A stretch of DNA of 62,653 nt, the filler included, from Collodictyon triciliatum (lineage: Eukaryota): assembly GCA_043381765.1 (NCBI GenBank). It is 13 parts of 12 records of this genome, joined end to end, with 100 filler letters (N's around TTAATTAATTAA, not from the genome) between each part and the next. Parts side by side here need not be neighbours in the genome. Positions count along the whole stretch, not along the records: positions 41,884 to 47,001 come from JBHJMP010005464.1; positions 47,102 to 52,219 come from JBHJMP010005465.1; positions 52,320 to 57,437 come from JBHJMP010005466.1; positions 57,538 to 62,653 come from JBHJMP010005467.1; 9 more parts are not named here. The stretch is one strand, 5' to 3'. The translations under genes and the position numbers were made by a program. Under the pieces are notes generated by a model. That model saw only the letters and a program-made list of their open reading frames with translations. It did not search any database and had not been told where the DNA came from. Shown here in pieces: positions 45,705 to 60,504 of this stretch (its first letter is position 1; every line of letters starts with the position of its first letter).

Positions 45705-46820
45705 ATGCTACGAGTTTCATCAGTTTTATATGAGAAATCGTGTTCACCACCTACAAGTTCCTCCAAAATGCCAAAAAAGAGGAGAGTCGAGACAGAAAAT
45801 TCAAGGTTATCATTTCGGAGTTCTTTTAGGCAGCCGGTGTTTATGGATGCCATCAGCAAGACATCAAATGCAGATTCCATTCGAGATACAGCGCATGAGT
45901 ACATAGTAAAGGAACACGGAAGGGTAGCAAACTAGCACGCTATTCGGCAGACTCACCATCGATTCCGGTTGTAGGTAATGAGAGTGGAGACCTACGGTAC
46001 ATATTAGAAAAAGGAGAAGATAAATAAAATCTTTGCCTTCTCTGTCTTCCTCATTTCAATCATTGCAAGGAACAAAAAAAATCAGAAAAGCGATCGAGTC
46101 GGTCCACAAACATCTTCGCAGCGCTTTCCTGAGCTGCATCGATTTTCAAAGACGTTGGCATGTTTCCACTGAAGTCCTGTTTCACAAAGGGTCCGCACGT
46201 TTAATAGCAGAGTACATAGCTGAATTTGAATTACAAGTAAATGCAATTCACCCGGCACGGTTAGTGGATAATGAAAATTCTACCCTGCTGTTCCTTTGTT
46301 CGTGTAGTTTAATCGACTGACCAGTCGGCACTAAGCTCTCTGAAAAGACATCATTTTTTAGATAATTAATATCTGAAGTGAGCAAAAATAAAATGAAATA
46401 AAAATATACAGCAGAAAAAGTTCACCGTTTGTGATACGTGCAGTTGCATCAGTGGCATGCAAGCAAGGGTCTGTTCCCTGAGATGTCTCTGATTTCGGTT
46501 TTTGTGAGCTTTGAATATGGGTAAAGACCAGGCTGTGAGATAGGCTTTTGAGTTCACGCTGTAAAAGTGGCGAGACTCTCCATTGCTGGACCCTACTTAT
46601 TCATGGTAACGTATTAAGAGATATACTTTTATTTTGCACTTACTGATGTTCATGTTTTTTTTTTTTATGTATATATAACAGTGACAAAGGAGCTCACGAA
46701 TTGGTGCTCGAAGGATTTGCTGCACCAATAGGTACATCGTTCCCTCTGCCTGGTTTGAAGTCATCCACAGCATATATGTTTGGTTCAGACATGTTCAACT
46801 TTCGAATGAAATCAGAATGA
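45705..46820 (+). pseudogene. Multi-exon unknown gene, probably decayed in its 3' exons
   Basis: The first exons splice cleanly (MPKKRR..HGR|VMRVETY|GTKKIRKAIESVHKHL). The segment at about 46412-46605 has stops in all three frames. Confidence 0.3.
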
Positions 46821-47212
46821 GCCTTAGGTTTGATCTGGTATATAGTTAACTTCAGTCCTGGCAAAAAACTAGTTTATTTAAATATTAAATGGAAAAAGAA
46901 AAAAGAAAAAAGAAAAAAGAAAAAAGAAAAAAGAAAAAAGAAAAAAGAAAAAAGAAAAAAGAAAAAAGAAAAAAAAGAAAAAAAGAAGATGAAAAAGAAG
47001 ANNNNNNNNNNNNNNNNNNNNNNNNNNNNNNNNNNNNNNNNNNNNTTAATTAATTAANNNNNNNNNNNNNNNNNNNNNNNNNNNNNNNNNNNNNNNNNNN
47101 NACAATACAATACAATACAATACAATACAATACAATACAATACAATACAATACAATACAATACAATACAATACAATACAATACAATACAATACAAATAAT
47201 AATTACAATTAC

Positions 47213-48447
47213 CTATAATCTGAGTCATCTGAGTCCATTTCTTGCGGCCCACAGCCCCCGCTTGCATATAAATCTTTCAAAAGCCTCTGAACACAAATTT
47301 TGTCCTCTAAAAGATCAATGAAAGACAAACATAGAGTTTCTCCCATGACCTATGTTTTTTTTTTTTTTTGTAAATATTTTAATTGAGTATTTACAGACAA
47401 ATCATAATTAATCATGCCATAATGAATGACCTCATACTCTTGTTGAAATCACTGTTTTTATTTGTATATTTTCTTTTAATACAGTACTTGATAATGATTG
47501 ATGTTAAAATGAGCTCCCGAATTATTGTCAGGGTTAAAAAATCCAGCCAAAGATGCTTCCAATGTGTAAGAATAGGATATATCGTATTCCCGTCTCATAA
47601 CAACCTATTGATAAAGAAAATTACTTAGAACGGTTCGTATTCATATTCATCGCTATTCATATGTGGTAATAAAAGGCGCTAAGTATTATATGTCAATAAA
47701 CATTTTTTTTTCACAGGAAATATCCCATAAAATTTACCCTGGCTGTCGATAATTTGCTTTTCTGAACCGAGAACCGAGAATCTGTATATGAATACATGTG
47801 ATTCCTATCATCGACAAATTTAGAATTCAGTGAGTATATTATACCACATTATCAAAAGAATAGGTTGCCCCTTTGTATGGCATAACTTCGCTGCACTTTG
47901 AATCGAATATAGGGGAAAAATCAAAAGAATAGGGAACATAGTTGCAGGAAATCATAACCTAAATATCAGAGTGTATAAAGTCGAGCAGCATAATTTTATA
48001 CCTGAGTTCCAGCAATCGGGGAAATACCTTGTCACCCCTGTTTTTAGGCCCGTTGTCGTCTCCGCATCCATACATAAACACGTTTTTTTTTCGACTTTGC
48101 CCACAGCAGAAAAATAATGAGTTCATTTTGTTGGAAGCGAAATAAAAACAAAAAACAGAAAAACAAAAACAGAAAAACAAAAACAGAAAAACAAAAACAG
48201 AAAAACAAAAACAAAAAAACAGAAAAACAAAAACAAAAAAACAAAAAACAAAAAAAAACAAAAACAAATTCAAATTATGAAAAGTGTACACTACCTGTGC
48301 CCGTGCATATCACAGAATAAAAGCATCGGTCTGTCAATCAGGAAGTTTTGTATCATCTTTTCAAGTAATAATAAAATAATAATATAAATAATAATAAAAT
48401 AATAATAAAAATAATAATAAAAATAATAATAAAAATAATAATAAAAA

Positions 48448-48478
<31 letters not shown>

Positions 48479-49686
48479 AAAAATAATAATAAAAATAATA
48501 ATAAAAATAATAATAAAAAAATAATAATAGATAGTAGACAATACGTGTAATTCTTTGTTTAATTTCGATTCTAAGTTTGGATGCGTAATAACAAATAAAT
48601 TATAAGGAAAAAAAGCAAAAGTTGGATAATTAATGAGTAATTTATCGTGGCTATTGGCCATTGTTCAAAAAAGGAGTAAAATATGTGGGTTACAAACAAT
48701 CTTGGCGTGATATATCGTAGGGTGGTACGATTTGCTGGGCTCAATCCAGCATCTATTCAGGTCATCGCCATATTGAGTACATCGATAATTTCCGTTGATG
48801 ACCCCATCCGGATTTAGAATAGGAATCACCTTTACAATAAGGTTGTAAAATTAAATATCTTGGTACATATATAAGGTTCTAAATATAGTATATACAAGTT
48901 GATATCGAAATTAAACATCTAGGTTTGCATGTCCACAAACTTACATAAATTGAAATGAATAAAAACATTTTTAGTGGTGGTAAAATTAAAAGAAAAGATC
49001 ATAAAGTACCTTAAATACGTAATTTTCTCTGAGATAGTTCGCCTCTTGAGTTGGTCCAGTAATGAAATTGATGAACCCCTAAGTAACGATATATATATAT
49101 ATTTTCAACATTAAAAAGAGATTCTTTTATTGAAAAAAAATAAAAAGAGGGAGGTAGGATTATAATTCTTCTCAAAAAGAATGCCCCAAAAGTATTGAAC
49201 CATTAAAATAGTTACTCTCATTATCCAGCTGGTCGAAGACACGATGATACCAAGCAAAATAGTTTTTGTTTTTTTTTTTAATAAAAAAAAGTAGAAAAGT
49301 GTGGCTTTTATCATTATCTCATCAAATAATCATCTGTGCTCATTACAAATTTGATATGAATACTTTATGAACCAATCGCTAAATAACATACCTTGAGCAA
49401 CTCTCTCCTGGATGAACCCTGGATGTGATCACAATCCCTTTTCTATTACGAATGGCTTCTGTAGGTGACGCAAACGATGTTATCGTGAGAAGTTCACACC
49501 TTTTAATTATAAAAGTAATTATTAATCTCACTTTGATTTGATAATACACGGAATACTGACTTTTATTTTACATTAAGCTATCATTAAACCCCCTGAAAAC
49601 AAAACAAAACAAAACAAAACAAAACAAAACAAAACAAAACAAAACAAAACAAAACAAAACAAAACGAATAATAGAGATAACCACAA

Positions 49687-49765
<79 letters not shown>

Positions 49766-50108
49766 ATAGAAATAGGCTTGTATACGAATTATTCGCGATA
49801 TTTGGATAAAAAACGTCATAAATGTTATCATTACATATTTCCTGATATTGTGAGACACAAGGGTCGGCGTTTAACTGTTTTTTTCCTTTCAGGATCAACT
49901 TCAATTGCCATCAAATCGCTAGCATAATCGATGAAGGGTTTGATAATTTAAAAATAAAAATAGATTTTCGTCAGATCTTTTAATGATAGATATTACTGTA
50001 TTGTGTGGTTAGTTAACATACCTCTGAAGATTTGAATATGTATAGGGATAGCAATGTGCAAAATAGCATAAATCGTCAACATCTTAAATTGAGCAAAACT
50101 CCGTTAAA

Positions 50109-50194
<86 letters not shown>

Positions 50195-52077
50195 AGCGAC
50201 TGAGTTTAAAGTAGTGAGAGAGAGAGAGAGAGGTACGTATACCGTGTCCAAATGTATTGGACGGGAAATTATGTCGTAATAAGTTTACTTTTAAAAGTGT
50301 ATGAAAATGTCAGCGTGAAGTAAAACTGGTGCTTGTTTCTCTTAAAGGCGTTCTTGTAGTAGTATATATGCTGCCCTCCACGAGTCCATCCAATACCTGT
50401 GAAAAGGTGTATACTTGATTTGATGTAAAGATATTCTATTTGTATGCAGGCACCATAACAGGGCAACAGCTTTACATACCGTTGGCAGCGTCGGCACAAG
50501 AATAAACAACTGGTTGCATTCCATAGTTATGCAGTGAATCCGGTTTATACATATTAACAATATTGAAGACATATGGTACCCCAGTTCGAAAATTCGAGAC
50601 TGAGAAAAAATACCTAATAAATCATCTTCCTTGAGAATTACAAATAGATCAATACTTCCAAGGGCGATTTTTAATTTTATATAAAAAGCCACAAGTATTA
50701 AATATGATTGTATAAACATCTAGTGAATCAAAGCCAAATCCTTTCATCTTGCACATATTCAAATAGATGATACCATTGATGATCATGGTTATGAAAATAG
50801 TGATAAATATATTTTTAAGATAAAATAATATTATACCACTGCGTATATGTTTTTTCAGAAGAATCTGGTCTTAGGTACAGATTGTATTCAAACTCAGATC
50901 TAATATTTGAGAGAAAGAAAAACAACAAGGCTCTATTTATATAACGCACGAATATAAATATCGCATAATAGGTAGGCGACTTAAAGAATGACTGTCACTG
51001 TAAAATATCGACTGTTATGAAAACGGTTTGGTTGTAAGATGCACTAGTGAAAAAAAGAATATGTGGATATTGATTACAGGCAAATGGCTTTCTGGAGATT
51101 TCCTGATTCAAAACGAGATTCAAAACACAACGTTTTATCCTCAGAGGATATAGGAATATAATACGGAGCTAAATTCCCATGCTGCTTTTCAGAAGTTGCA
51201 CTTCGTTGTACAAGAGAATTTATCCTTTGTGGTTCATCACCCAGATCAAAAACCGTCCTTCCAACCGGAGGATTCGGTGACTTCTTATGCTCTCTCCGCT
51301 GTGTCCCATCAAAAGATATTTTATGCTCTTGAAAAAGGAAAGCCTCATCATTCGGGGGGGATACATCCAAGAAAACCGGCCCAGGATACATTAGTGATGT
51401 ACCGAGAGCCCTATATGAAGAAAAAGAAAAGAAAAATCGGGGGGATGATGATTAGAATTTCTTCGTGCTGATTAAAAAAAAAAAAAGGAAGAATTATTAG
51501 AGGATATATGAATAGTAGAAGAATAAAACTGTATTATATCGGTATTGAATTCCATACAGTCGAGCTGGCTCAATCGAAGTAGGTGGTGTTGGCGATGACG
51601 ATGACGACACAATTGGGGTGGATACGGTTGTTTGATCTACAGAGTCTGCTGTCGGAAGTACACTCAATCTAAGCGGGGTTTTCTTTTTTGCACACAAAAA
51701 GACAAGCAACGAACAAAGCTTAACACACAGGACATATAAAAGAAAAAGAAAAAGAAAAAGAAAAAGAAAAAGAAAAAGAAAAAGAAAAAGAAAAAGAAAA
51801 AGAAAAAGAAAAAGAAAAAGAAAGGAAAGACAGCAAAAGGAGCCCAAATAATCAAGCGCCAAACCGCAGGGGCGACTGGATGCTACTGGAGCCAGCGGTT
51901 CAGAGTAGGGAGGCCGAGGAAACCGCACCGCAGCCGAAGGAGTAAGATGAGCAGCCGAGAGAGAATCGCCCGGAGCAGAACCGTTCCACGAGGCTTCGTT
52001 CATGGAGGAGTCGAGCGGTCTGATCACAGCAGGCACGGGTATTTAGAAGTGGAGTTTCCACGGCTGAACGGCTGACC
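47213..52077 (-). CDS. Cytosolic carboxypeptidase (M14 AGBL/CCP/Nna1 tubulin deglutamylase family), partial at both ends
   Basis: Motifs [41 protein letters not shown]...[32 protein letters not shown] and YTLEAS. Confidence 0.95.
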
Positions 52078-52814
52078 TATGCTCTGTGGTTGTTTTTTTG
52101 TTTTTTTTGTTGTTTTTTTGTTTTTTTTGTTTTTTTTGTTTTTTTGTTTTTGTTTTTTTGTTTTTGTTTTTGTTTTTGTTTTTGTTTTTGTTTTTGTTTT
52201 TGTTTTTGTTTTTGTTTTTNNNNNNNNNNNNNNNNNNNNNNNNNNNNNNNNNNNNNNNNNNNNTTAATTAATTAANNNNNNNNNNNNNNNNNNNNNNNNN
52301 NNNNNNNNNNNNNNNNNNNTTTTGTGTTTTTTTTTTTTGTTTTTTTTTTGGTTTTTTTTTTTGGTTTTTTTATTGGGTTTTTTTATTGGGTTTTTTTATT
52401 GGGTTTTTTTATTGGGTTTTTTTATTGGGTTTTTTATTGGGTTTTTTTATTGGGTTTTTTATGGGGTTTTTTATGGGGTTTTTTATGGTGTTTTTTATTG
52501 GTGTTTTTTATTGGTGTTTTTTTTTATTGGTGTTTTTTTTGTTTGGTTATTATGGTTTTTTCCAGATTTAATTCTTGGGATAAAATAAATCAAAATTTCC
52601 TAACGGTAATATACATATCTGGAAAATTAAAAGTATATTTCCAATCTTATTCAAACTCCATTTCTGTGTCAAAATGAATTGATATTATGAGAGCAGCGTC
52701 CATTACACTTGCATAACTCATAGCTGCCTGAAACCAACAGACAGCCTTCGCGGTTCGCCAAAGCCTTGCTCATATATTGGTTTATTCTGCTTGCGGTGCA
52801 TCCGGTTCGCTGTC

Positions 52815-55534
52815 CTAGTTCCAGATGATGATGTTTTTGTCCTTATCACAAGAGATGAGCTGCGAGCCGGTCGGGTGCCATGCGACGGACGGAACAACGC
52901 ATCTTAAATAGAGGATGGGTAAATAATTAATATATATTATTTAACAAAAGAGAGTTAAAAGAAAATTACGCTTTTCTTGAAGTTTAAGAAAAGGTATAAA
53001 ATGTGATTATTTGCTTGTTTATTTTGTTATATTTAGGAAAACTCCAGAAATCTAATGAAAAAAAAGTACTTATGTCCATTTCGGAGTATTTTGTCAACAG
53101 TTTCGGTCTTTGCATCCCAGATGAAAACTGCACCATCGTGTGAACCAGCTGCGATGAATCGACCATCACGGCTGATAAATTCAAAAAAAAAAAAAAATAA
53201 GGAAAATCATTCGATCAGATTGGCACCAAAATATTAATACAAAACTTCTACCAGTTCGGATTATCATGTTAGTGGTTTCATCTTCAATTTTTTTTGGGAT
53301 ATAACAAACCTCATGGATGACTTTGTCCAATTAAGTCCGTTGCGGTAACTTTCGTGCCTTTGAATTGATGATTTTCGTTTTGATTTGGGTTGTATATGTA
53401 TTACTATATTTTATAAATCGTTCTATGCGCAGTTTGTAAAAGATGAACAAGATATAAATCCACATAGCCATGATGCCAGTTGGTAAGCTGGGAACATTTA
53501 AAAAAAAATACGTGAAAATTAAAAAGAACGAAACGAATCAATTCACCTAAAGCTCTTTACAATATGCCAATTTCTGAAATCGATGAGCTTGAGTGTGTTG
53601 TCTCTTGAATTTGTAAGAATGTAAGAGCCATCTGTTTTCGTATTGAGATAGAGAAATATATCTTTGAAAAGGCCGTCCTATTCATTTCTTTATGTAGTCT
53701 TTCTTTCAATTTCTTCTATTCAAAGATTTCTTTGTGAAGTTGATGAATAGCTTTAACAAAAATATATGCTTAGATGATTCGAGGAAAACTCATAACAAAC
53801 ATACACAAAATACCTTTTGATATTTCAATTGATGTGACTTGGCTGGTGTGCGCAGTGGCTATTTCGTGGCAAATGTCACCAGAGCGAACATCGATGATGC
53901 GAATCTGGTTGTCAAAATGTCCTTCATATCGATTCATATTTTGCAGTTAGTTTATTTGTCCACTTTTCACAACAGACAGGCCTTGCAGTTTAAAATTTAC
54001 ATAGCTATTTATTCGTGAAACTCTTGGTTACATGATTTTACCATACCAGATACGATTGTATAACCGTCTCTGCTTATGTCCAAATCGTTGCAACTTGAAG
54101 TACAAAACATCGTCTTTACACCTAGTCATTCCACCGAAGTACAGTAGATTAAAAAAAAGATAATGAAAAAAAAATGTTTGCACGTACTTAAAAATTGTAG
54201 AAAATGTTAAAAAGCTTATACAGTATCCTTTATTCAAATCCCAGATTCGCATCGTTCTATCATGACTACCGCTGACCTAGGTAATTCATTACAATTTTTT
54301 TTATTAGGTAATTCATTACAATCAAATAATACTCACATACTCGGCTGTTGATATATATAAGGCATGCATCTTTAGAATTCATTATATCATAATTTTATCA
54401 ACGTAATACGATTTTTTGTCCATCTGAGCAAAACTTTGCAGAATATACTTTTGATGTATGGCCTGTCAAAGTGTGCTGGAAAGCAAACCAGTAAAAACGA
54501 TTATGAAAGAATGTATTTTAATAGGAATATCAGAACGAATGAGTTTATGCTGAATATTGATGAATAGCATTCCGGCGTCCTTGGTCTTATTTCAGATGCT
54601 TTTTTTTTCAAAGCTTGGAGACATGACATCAAAAGAAAGAGAGGAAAATAAGAGCACCTTTAATCGTTGTTGTTGAGTACTCCAAACACGAATCGAGTTC
54701 TCGTTGCTTGTACCTAAAATACTGTCGTCCGTCTCTGAAAATTGGACACACATCACTCCTTGAACAGGGCCGCCAAACGATGCGATTCGGTTACCTATTA
54801 CAGGGGGATATTGTAAAGATATCGGATTTAGAATCAACAGATTGACGCTAAAAAGAGATAACCAAATCATGTAATAGGGATTGATATGGGTGAATAGTCT
54901 TGAAAGAATGAATGAATGGGAAAAAACCAGTTTTTGTGTCCCATAACCGAACGCTTTTATCTAAACTACCAGAGGCAAACATCATTCCATTATTATTGAA
55001 CGCTACTGTGTTGATTTCGTCCTGGTGTGCATTGTTCTGTGCACAGCAAATGAATATGAATGATTTAAGCTTATCATTTAGAAGTTTAAAAAAGAATTAA
55101 AATCAAAGGATAAAATACATATTTTAATTCAGTAGTATATGCGTGTGGTGAACTATGAGATGAATTTCGAGTAGAATTACAATAATCTTTTTGATCTTGG
55201 AAGGTGCAGGTGCACTTTCTTCAGCAATAGGATAAGGTGTAGACTGAACGGCGCTCCTGTATGCAAAAACTTTGACTTTGAGGATAAAAACATGGTGTAT
55301 CAGATTTACTCTCCATTTTATAGTATGAAAAAAGAAGTTTGGAAAAAAATCGTAATGCCTGAACACTTTCTTTTCCTCTCTATTACATATTGAAGTGTGT
55401 AAAAGGATTTAGTAGCATATTAATCGAGCTTAGTATGGGATATATGAAATTATACGATGTTGAGGAACCCATTCCTATAGCCTGTTAAAAAAATAAAAAT
55501 TTTTGTCAAAATCACATGGAAGAGAATGATGTTT

Positions 55535-55566
<32 letters not shown>

Positions 55567-57184
55567 GATAATGATAATGATAATGATAATGATAATGATA
55601 ATGATAATGATAATGATAATGATAATGATAATGATAATGATAATGATTATATATTAAAAATACCACATTATCGGCAAACCTCTTCTAAAAGCATATTCTC
55701 TCGATTCATGGCCTCAATTTGCACATGTTTTAATTGTAAAAGCTGTTCTACCTGGATGGCCAAAGAAATAATCGAAAACATATTCCCGTATGAGATAACA
55801 ACAACATAAAAAAAACGTTGAAATTACCATGTGCGTTTTTTCCAATTCGTATTGCTTAATGGATTCATCTCGCTTTAGCAGTAATTGCTATTGTTTTATT
55901 TTTTTATACTTAGACAAAAAAAATTATCGCAACAATTATTAAAAAAAAAACCAATTGTTCGACAAGGCCTCATGATTTCATAATTTTTCCTCAAGTAAAA
56001 TTTTCTTTGCATATATACCCGAAGTTCTTTGGAATCATCTGTCAGAACGCTGATGACTGTCTCCAGTTCTCGAATCTTTAAAATTGAAACTTAATTCTAG
56101 ATGAAAAATGAAAAATTGAAAGGTACTTTGGTTAGAGGCACGTGCCTTCTTTTCCATCTCTGAAATGATCTTTGCCTTTCGTATTCCATCTTCTCTCAAT
56201 CCTTGAATACTATTATACGAAATGTTGGTTAATTGCCTCTGAGGGAAAAAAAAACCTCCGATACTAGGCGTTGCCCTTTATGAAGGTAATATACTCTAAG
56301 GTAGGGAAAGAGCAAATTCAAAAGATATATTATAGAGACCCTGTCTCATAATCAAAGTATGACACATGATTAAATTGTGTCTGTTTTGGAGAATAGAATA
56401 TATGTATACAATTCCTATCAGAAATGATTAAAGCCTTTCACAAACTCTGTCTTTAATCCATCATTTTCACATTTGAGCTTTTCATTCGATTCCATCAGGC
56501 CAAGACATTTCTGTGTCTGATCGTTCAGCTTTTGGAGCACATCATTCTGCACTTCTTGCGACGACGACAGCTTTGCTTCTAATGCCATCAATTTGGTCTG
56601 CGAGTATGTCCCTGAATGACTGTAAACACAGTTACAGGATGGCGTACCAAAAAAAAAAAAATAAACGTCGCATTCGAAAAACATGTGAAGAGATCATTAA
56701 TACACGTGATAGGCGATGTAAGGCGCGTGAAACAAAGTGGACATATATAGTACTATTGTTCTTTGGTGTAGTTAAGGTCGGCCTCTAGGTAAAATACACG
56801 TTGTTGAGACATGGCCAGGCTATTTTCCAGCGCATTCACCTTCTCAGCGAGAACTGCCTTCTCCTTTACCACCTTCTGGTCTATTGAATTACCCCTTGAG
56901 ATAAGCTACCTTTCTTTCTTTCTTGATTGTGGCTTTGACAAGCGATGATGGCAAACATGGTGGAAAAAGAGAAGGAAAAACTTCGTGTATAGGAAAATAG
57001 CAGCTAAATTGTGCTTTGAAAGACACTGATAAATCCATGAGTAAATGAATGTCATAAGTAGATTGGTATGATTTACTGTACATTTTTCAAAGATATCCTT
57101 AAAGGGCGTGGTTTGCACTGCGTTTCGGTGGGCGAGTTGCGTGTGGAAGTGGAGACGCAGTTGCGGATCGACCATGGCGCACAT
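52815..57184 (-). CDS. ATG16: Autophagy protein 16 with coiled coil and WD40 propeller, apparently complete
   Basis: N-terminal QLAHRNAVQTTPFKDIF (ATG5-binding-like helix) and a coiled coil. WD repeats include HTLTGHTSKV, VSGSHDRTMRIWDL, SSCND, GHFD, LTNSRDNTLKLID and AAGSHDGAVFIW. Confidence 0.9.
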
Positions 57185-57255
57185 ATGTTCTGTTTTTATC
57201 TTTTTTATCTATTGTTTTTTTTGTTTTTTGTTTTTTGTTTTTTTTTTTTTTTTTT

Positions 57256-57295
<40 letters not shown>

Positions 57296-57604
57296 TTTTT
57301 TTTTTTTTGTTTTTTTTTTTTTGTTTTTTGTTTTTTGTTTTTTGTTTTTTTTTTTTTGTTTTTTGTTTTTTGTTTTTTGTTTTTTGTTTTTTGTTTTTTG
57401 TTTTTTGTTTTTTGTTTTTTGTTTTTTGTTTTTTGTTNNNNNNNNNNNNNNNNNNNNNNNNNNNNNNNNNNNNNNNNNNNNTTAATTAATTAANNNNNNN
57501 NNNNNNNNNNNNNNNNNNNNNNNNNNNNNNNNNNNNNATGTATGTATGTATGTATGTATGTATGTATGTATGTATGTATGTATGTATGTATGTATGTATG
57601 TATG

Positions 57605-57635
<31 letters not shown>

Positions 57636-57709
57636 TGTATGATTTTAAGTAGTTTTCGATGAAAATATTATGCATCCATCGTTGATAAGGGTCATATAAA
57701 TCGTGCCTG

Positions 57710-59713
57710 CAGTTGAACAAGCTTTTCCCATCCGTAGAAGAATATTGCAATGGAAGGAGTGCATTGAGCGAGCCATTCCTTAAGATGATTCTGGGAAAGA
57801 AACGTATTGCATCAGAAATCGAATACATTAGGATAAATAGTTTAATAAACGCCTTTTTATCTCTATGATGAAATAAATACACAGACACCCATCTTGTGAT
57901 ACTACAATATATAAAGGAGCATTCCCGTTGTCGTAAATAGTAAATGGCATAGTATGTATGAACCTTTAACATGAATTATATAAGAGCATACTTGAGCAGT
58001 CGAAATTTCTTTGTGTGCATCTTGCGCAGATTTTGACGGGTCACAAACTATGGTCTACAATTGAGATATTAATACTCTTTTTGCGTACTGTAACACGGAT
58101 GGATTGATAGTGATACACGTAATTTGTGTTGATTGTATCTAGGAAAAAGTACAGGCTTGTAGTCCCCTTTCTTAGGGACTCTCTCAGGTAGTTCCTATGA
58201 TGTGATATTTCCAGAAATCAAACTTCAATTCATAATGCACACACATACAAAGAAAAGAACGTAAAGAGTTATACGGTTTTGAACAACTCTAAAGCGATAT
58301 CGCTCATGTCGCTAGGCAGGCTTCTATAACACAAGAACATGTTCAAAGAAAGATTACATGTTATCAAAGCGATATCGAATATTAGTTCCTGAAATAAATA
58401 AGACTGAAGATACCAAAAATGCACATGATTTATCATAATTGACCAGATGAGGAGGAGGAAAATGAATGAATAAAATGAAATGGCCATGGATAAAATACAT
58501 GTATCAATACCTGTTCGATTTACCACACTCATGTGTTACTGAGGCTAGGAAAGCTGTTTGGACTTCCTTTCCAGCAAACGCATACAACAAAGTTCTGGGA
58601 GCATAATGTACGTATTAAAGGCATAACTATACTGCGTATTTTAAAAAAATTGTAAAAAAAAAAAATTGCAACTATTATCTCTATCATTTTATTTGCAAGA
58701 ATTTAACGAGAACAAAAGGACATTGCAATCATATCGGGAAGCATTATATTAAGTTGATGTATCATGTGTCAATGATGATTTCCCTTCTTTTTCTATTTCT
58801 TTTTAGTTTTTTTTGTTCGGTGAATATTTACTTCAGTCGAGTATCATCCAACTTACAGATTACTGGTTCCTATAAGGTCTACCCCGAAAGCTGTAGCGCC
58901 TTCAATCTCCCCACGAGATTCCAAACTAGGTCCAGGTAACTAGAAAAGAAGAGTTGTAAACCAAAAAAAAAAAAAAGCATTCATGATATATAACAGGAAT
59001 AGCCTCAATGCTCAGCTTGATTGAATACATTAATTTCTTTGATTAAAAAAGCATGAAAAGTCCCGTGACTGTACCCAGAAGTAGGTGTTTGCATCCCCGA
59101 TTTTGGAAACGGCTGCAGAATGCACACTGTAGTGGAAGATAATATTAGAGGTACATATAAAAGGATCAAGAAAGTGTCTTTTTAACCACAGGACAATAAC
59201 ATCGATGTAAAAATATACATATTTTAGGCCAGTTTTTTTTTTGTCTATAAGAAAGTACCTTCCACAAAAGGCGTTTGTAGAAACATCGGTGAGGTTTATG
59301 CTGCAAGTCCAGTTGAAAGCATCTCCAACAACAACAACATCGCCAACTTTAGATTTTCCAAGTGTTCCTAAAGTCTAAAATTAAGTACTCTCCCCACATC
59401 GAGGTGGAACTGATTTTGGCTCGTTTTTCGAGTTTAAATAAATAGTTTATCAAAGGCAATAAAGGCGTAGATGGGGCAATAAATAATTGTTGACCACATA
59501 CCAGCAGTGGCAGCTAGGACAAAGGTGCTAGCCCCAAGGTCCGAGAAAATATTTGATGGGAAATGAGATTCATTATGGCTAAATCCTGAAAGTAAATTAA
59601 AGTTTACTTCTACATAGAAAAAAGTTCTGGTCTAAATCGAAATATTTGGTTTGTAAAAAAAAAAAAAAAAGGAAAAAGAAATTGGCTCTTTTATTCTCTT
59701 TTATTTGTTCTTT

Positions 59714-59809
<96 letters not shown>

Positions 59810-60419
59810 GGGGGAGGGGCTGCCAAATTATTTCGTCAAGTTTGGGTGTACATTTTCCTTTTTATAATGAGGCTCATGGATGATATTGTGCGTTTCTAAT
59901 ATCAAGAAATAAATGAAGGTGAGGGGCGAATCTACCTTCTTCGTGGATAGCTTCAAGTACAACAATTATGTTTTGGGTTCCATCTGCCTGTCCGATGAAG
60001 AGTCTGCCGTGATTAGCTAATAAGTGTATCAGTAGAATTCAAGCGACTGCATGCATTTAAGTGTATTTCAATTTAGTCAAAGCAACGCTCATAAACTGAC
60101 CAGATGCAGATGCCAGTGGCATATGAGGAATGTCCTTGATTTCCATCTGATTAATATGAGTAAGCTTCTCAATAAATTTGAAGGAGGATGGACCAATTGA
60201 TGCAACCAAGAGCTTTCCTATCATGATAGAAGTTGTAAACTGCAGCGTCCAACAGTAGAATAAATTAGAGTATCATGCGATAAATAAATAGCTATATATG
60301 AATTAATTTTGAGTAAACCTGATTTCGGGATTAATGAATCAAGGAATTTGACGGCGTCCTGGATCTCTCTCTCGGAGGCCAGCTTCGTAGCGTCCTGTTA
60401 AGATTCAAGAATGGATTGT

Positions 60420-60464
<45 letters not shown>

Positions 60465-60465
60465 G

Positions 60466-60504
<39 letters not shown>

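Noticed and set aside
45924-45974. Two in-frame TAG codons suggesting TAG reassignment
   Set aside because: Both fall in a plausible 51-nt GT-AG intron. ATG16 ends in TAG, PP2A in TAA and GrpE in TGA, so the standard code fits.
47730-47900. Apparent non-canonical intron in the carboxypeptidase gene
   Set aside because: An upstream AG gives [19 protein letters not shown] with ordinary GT-AG splicing.
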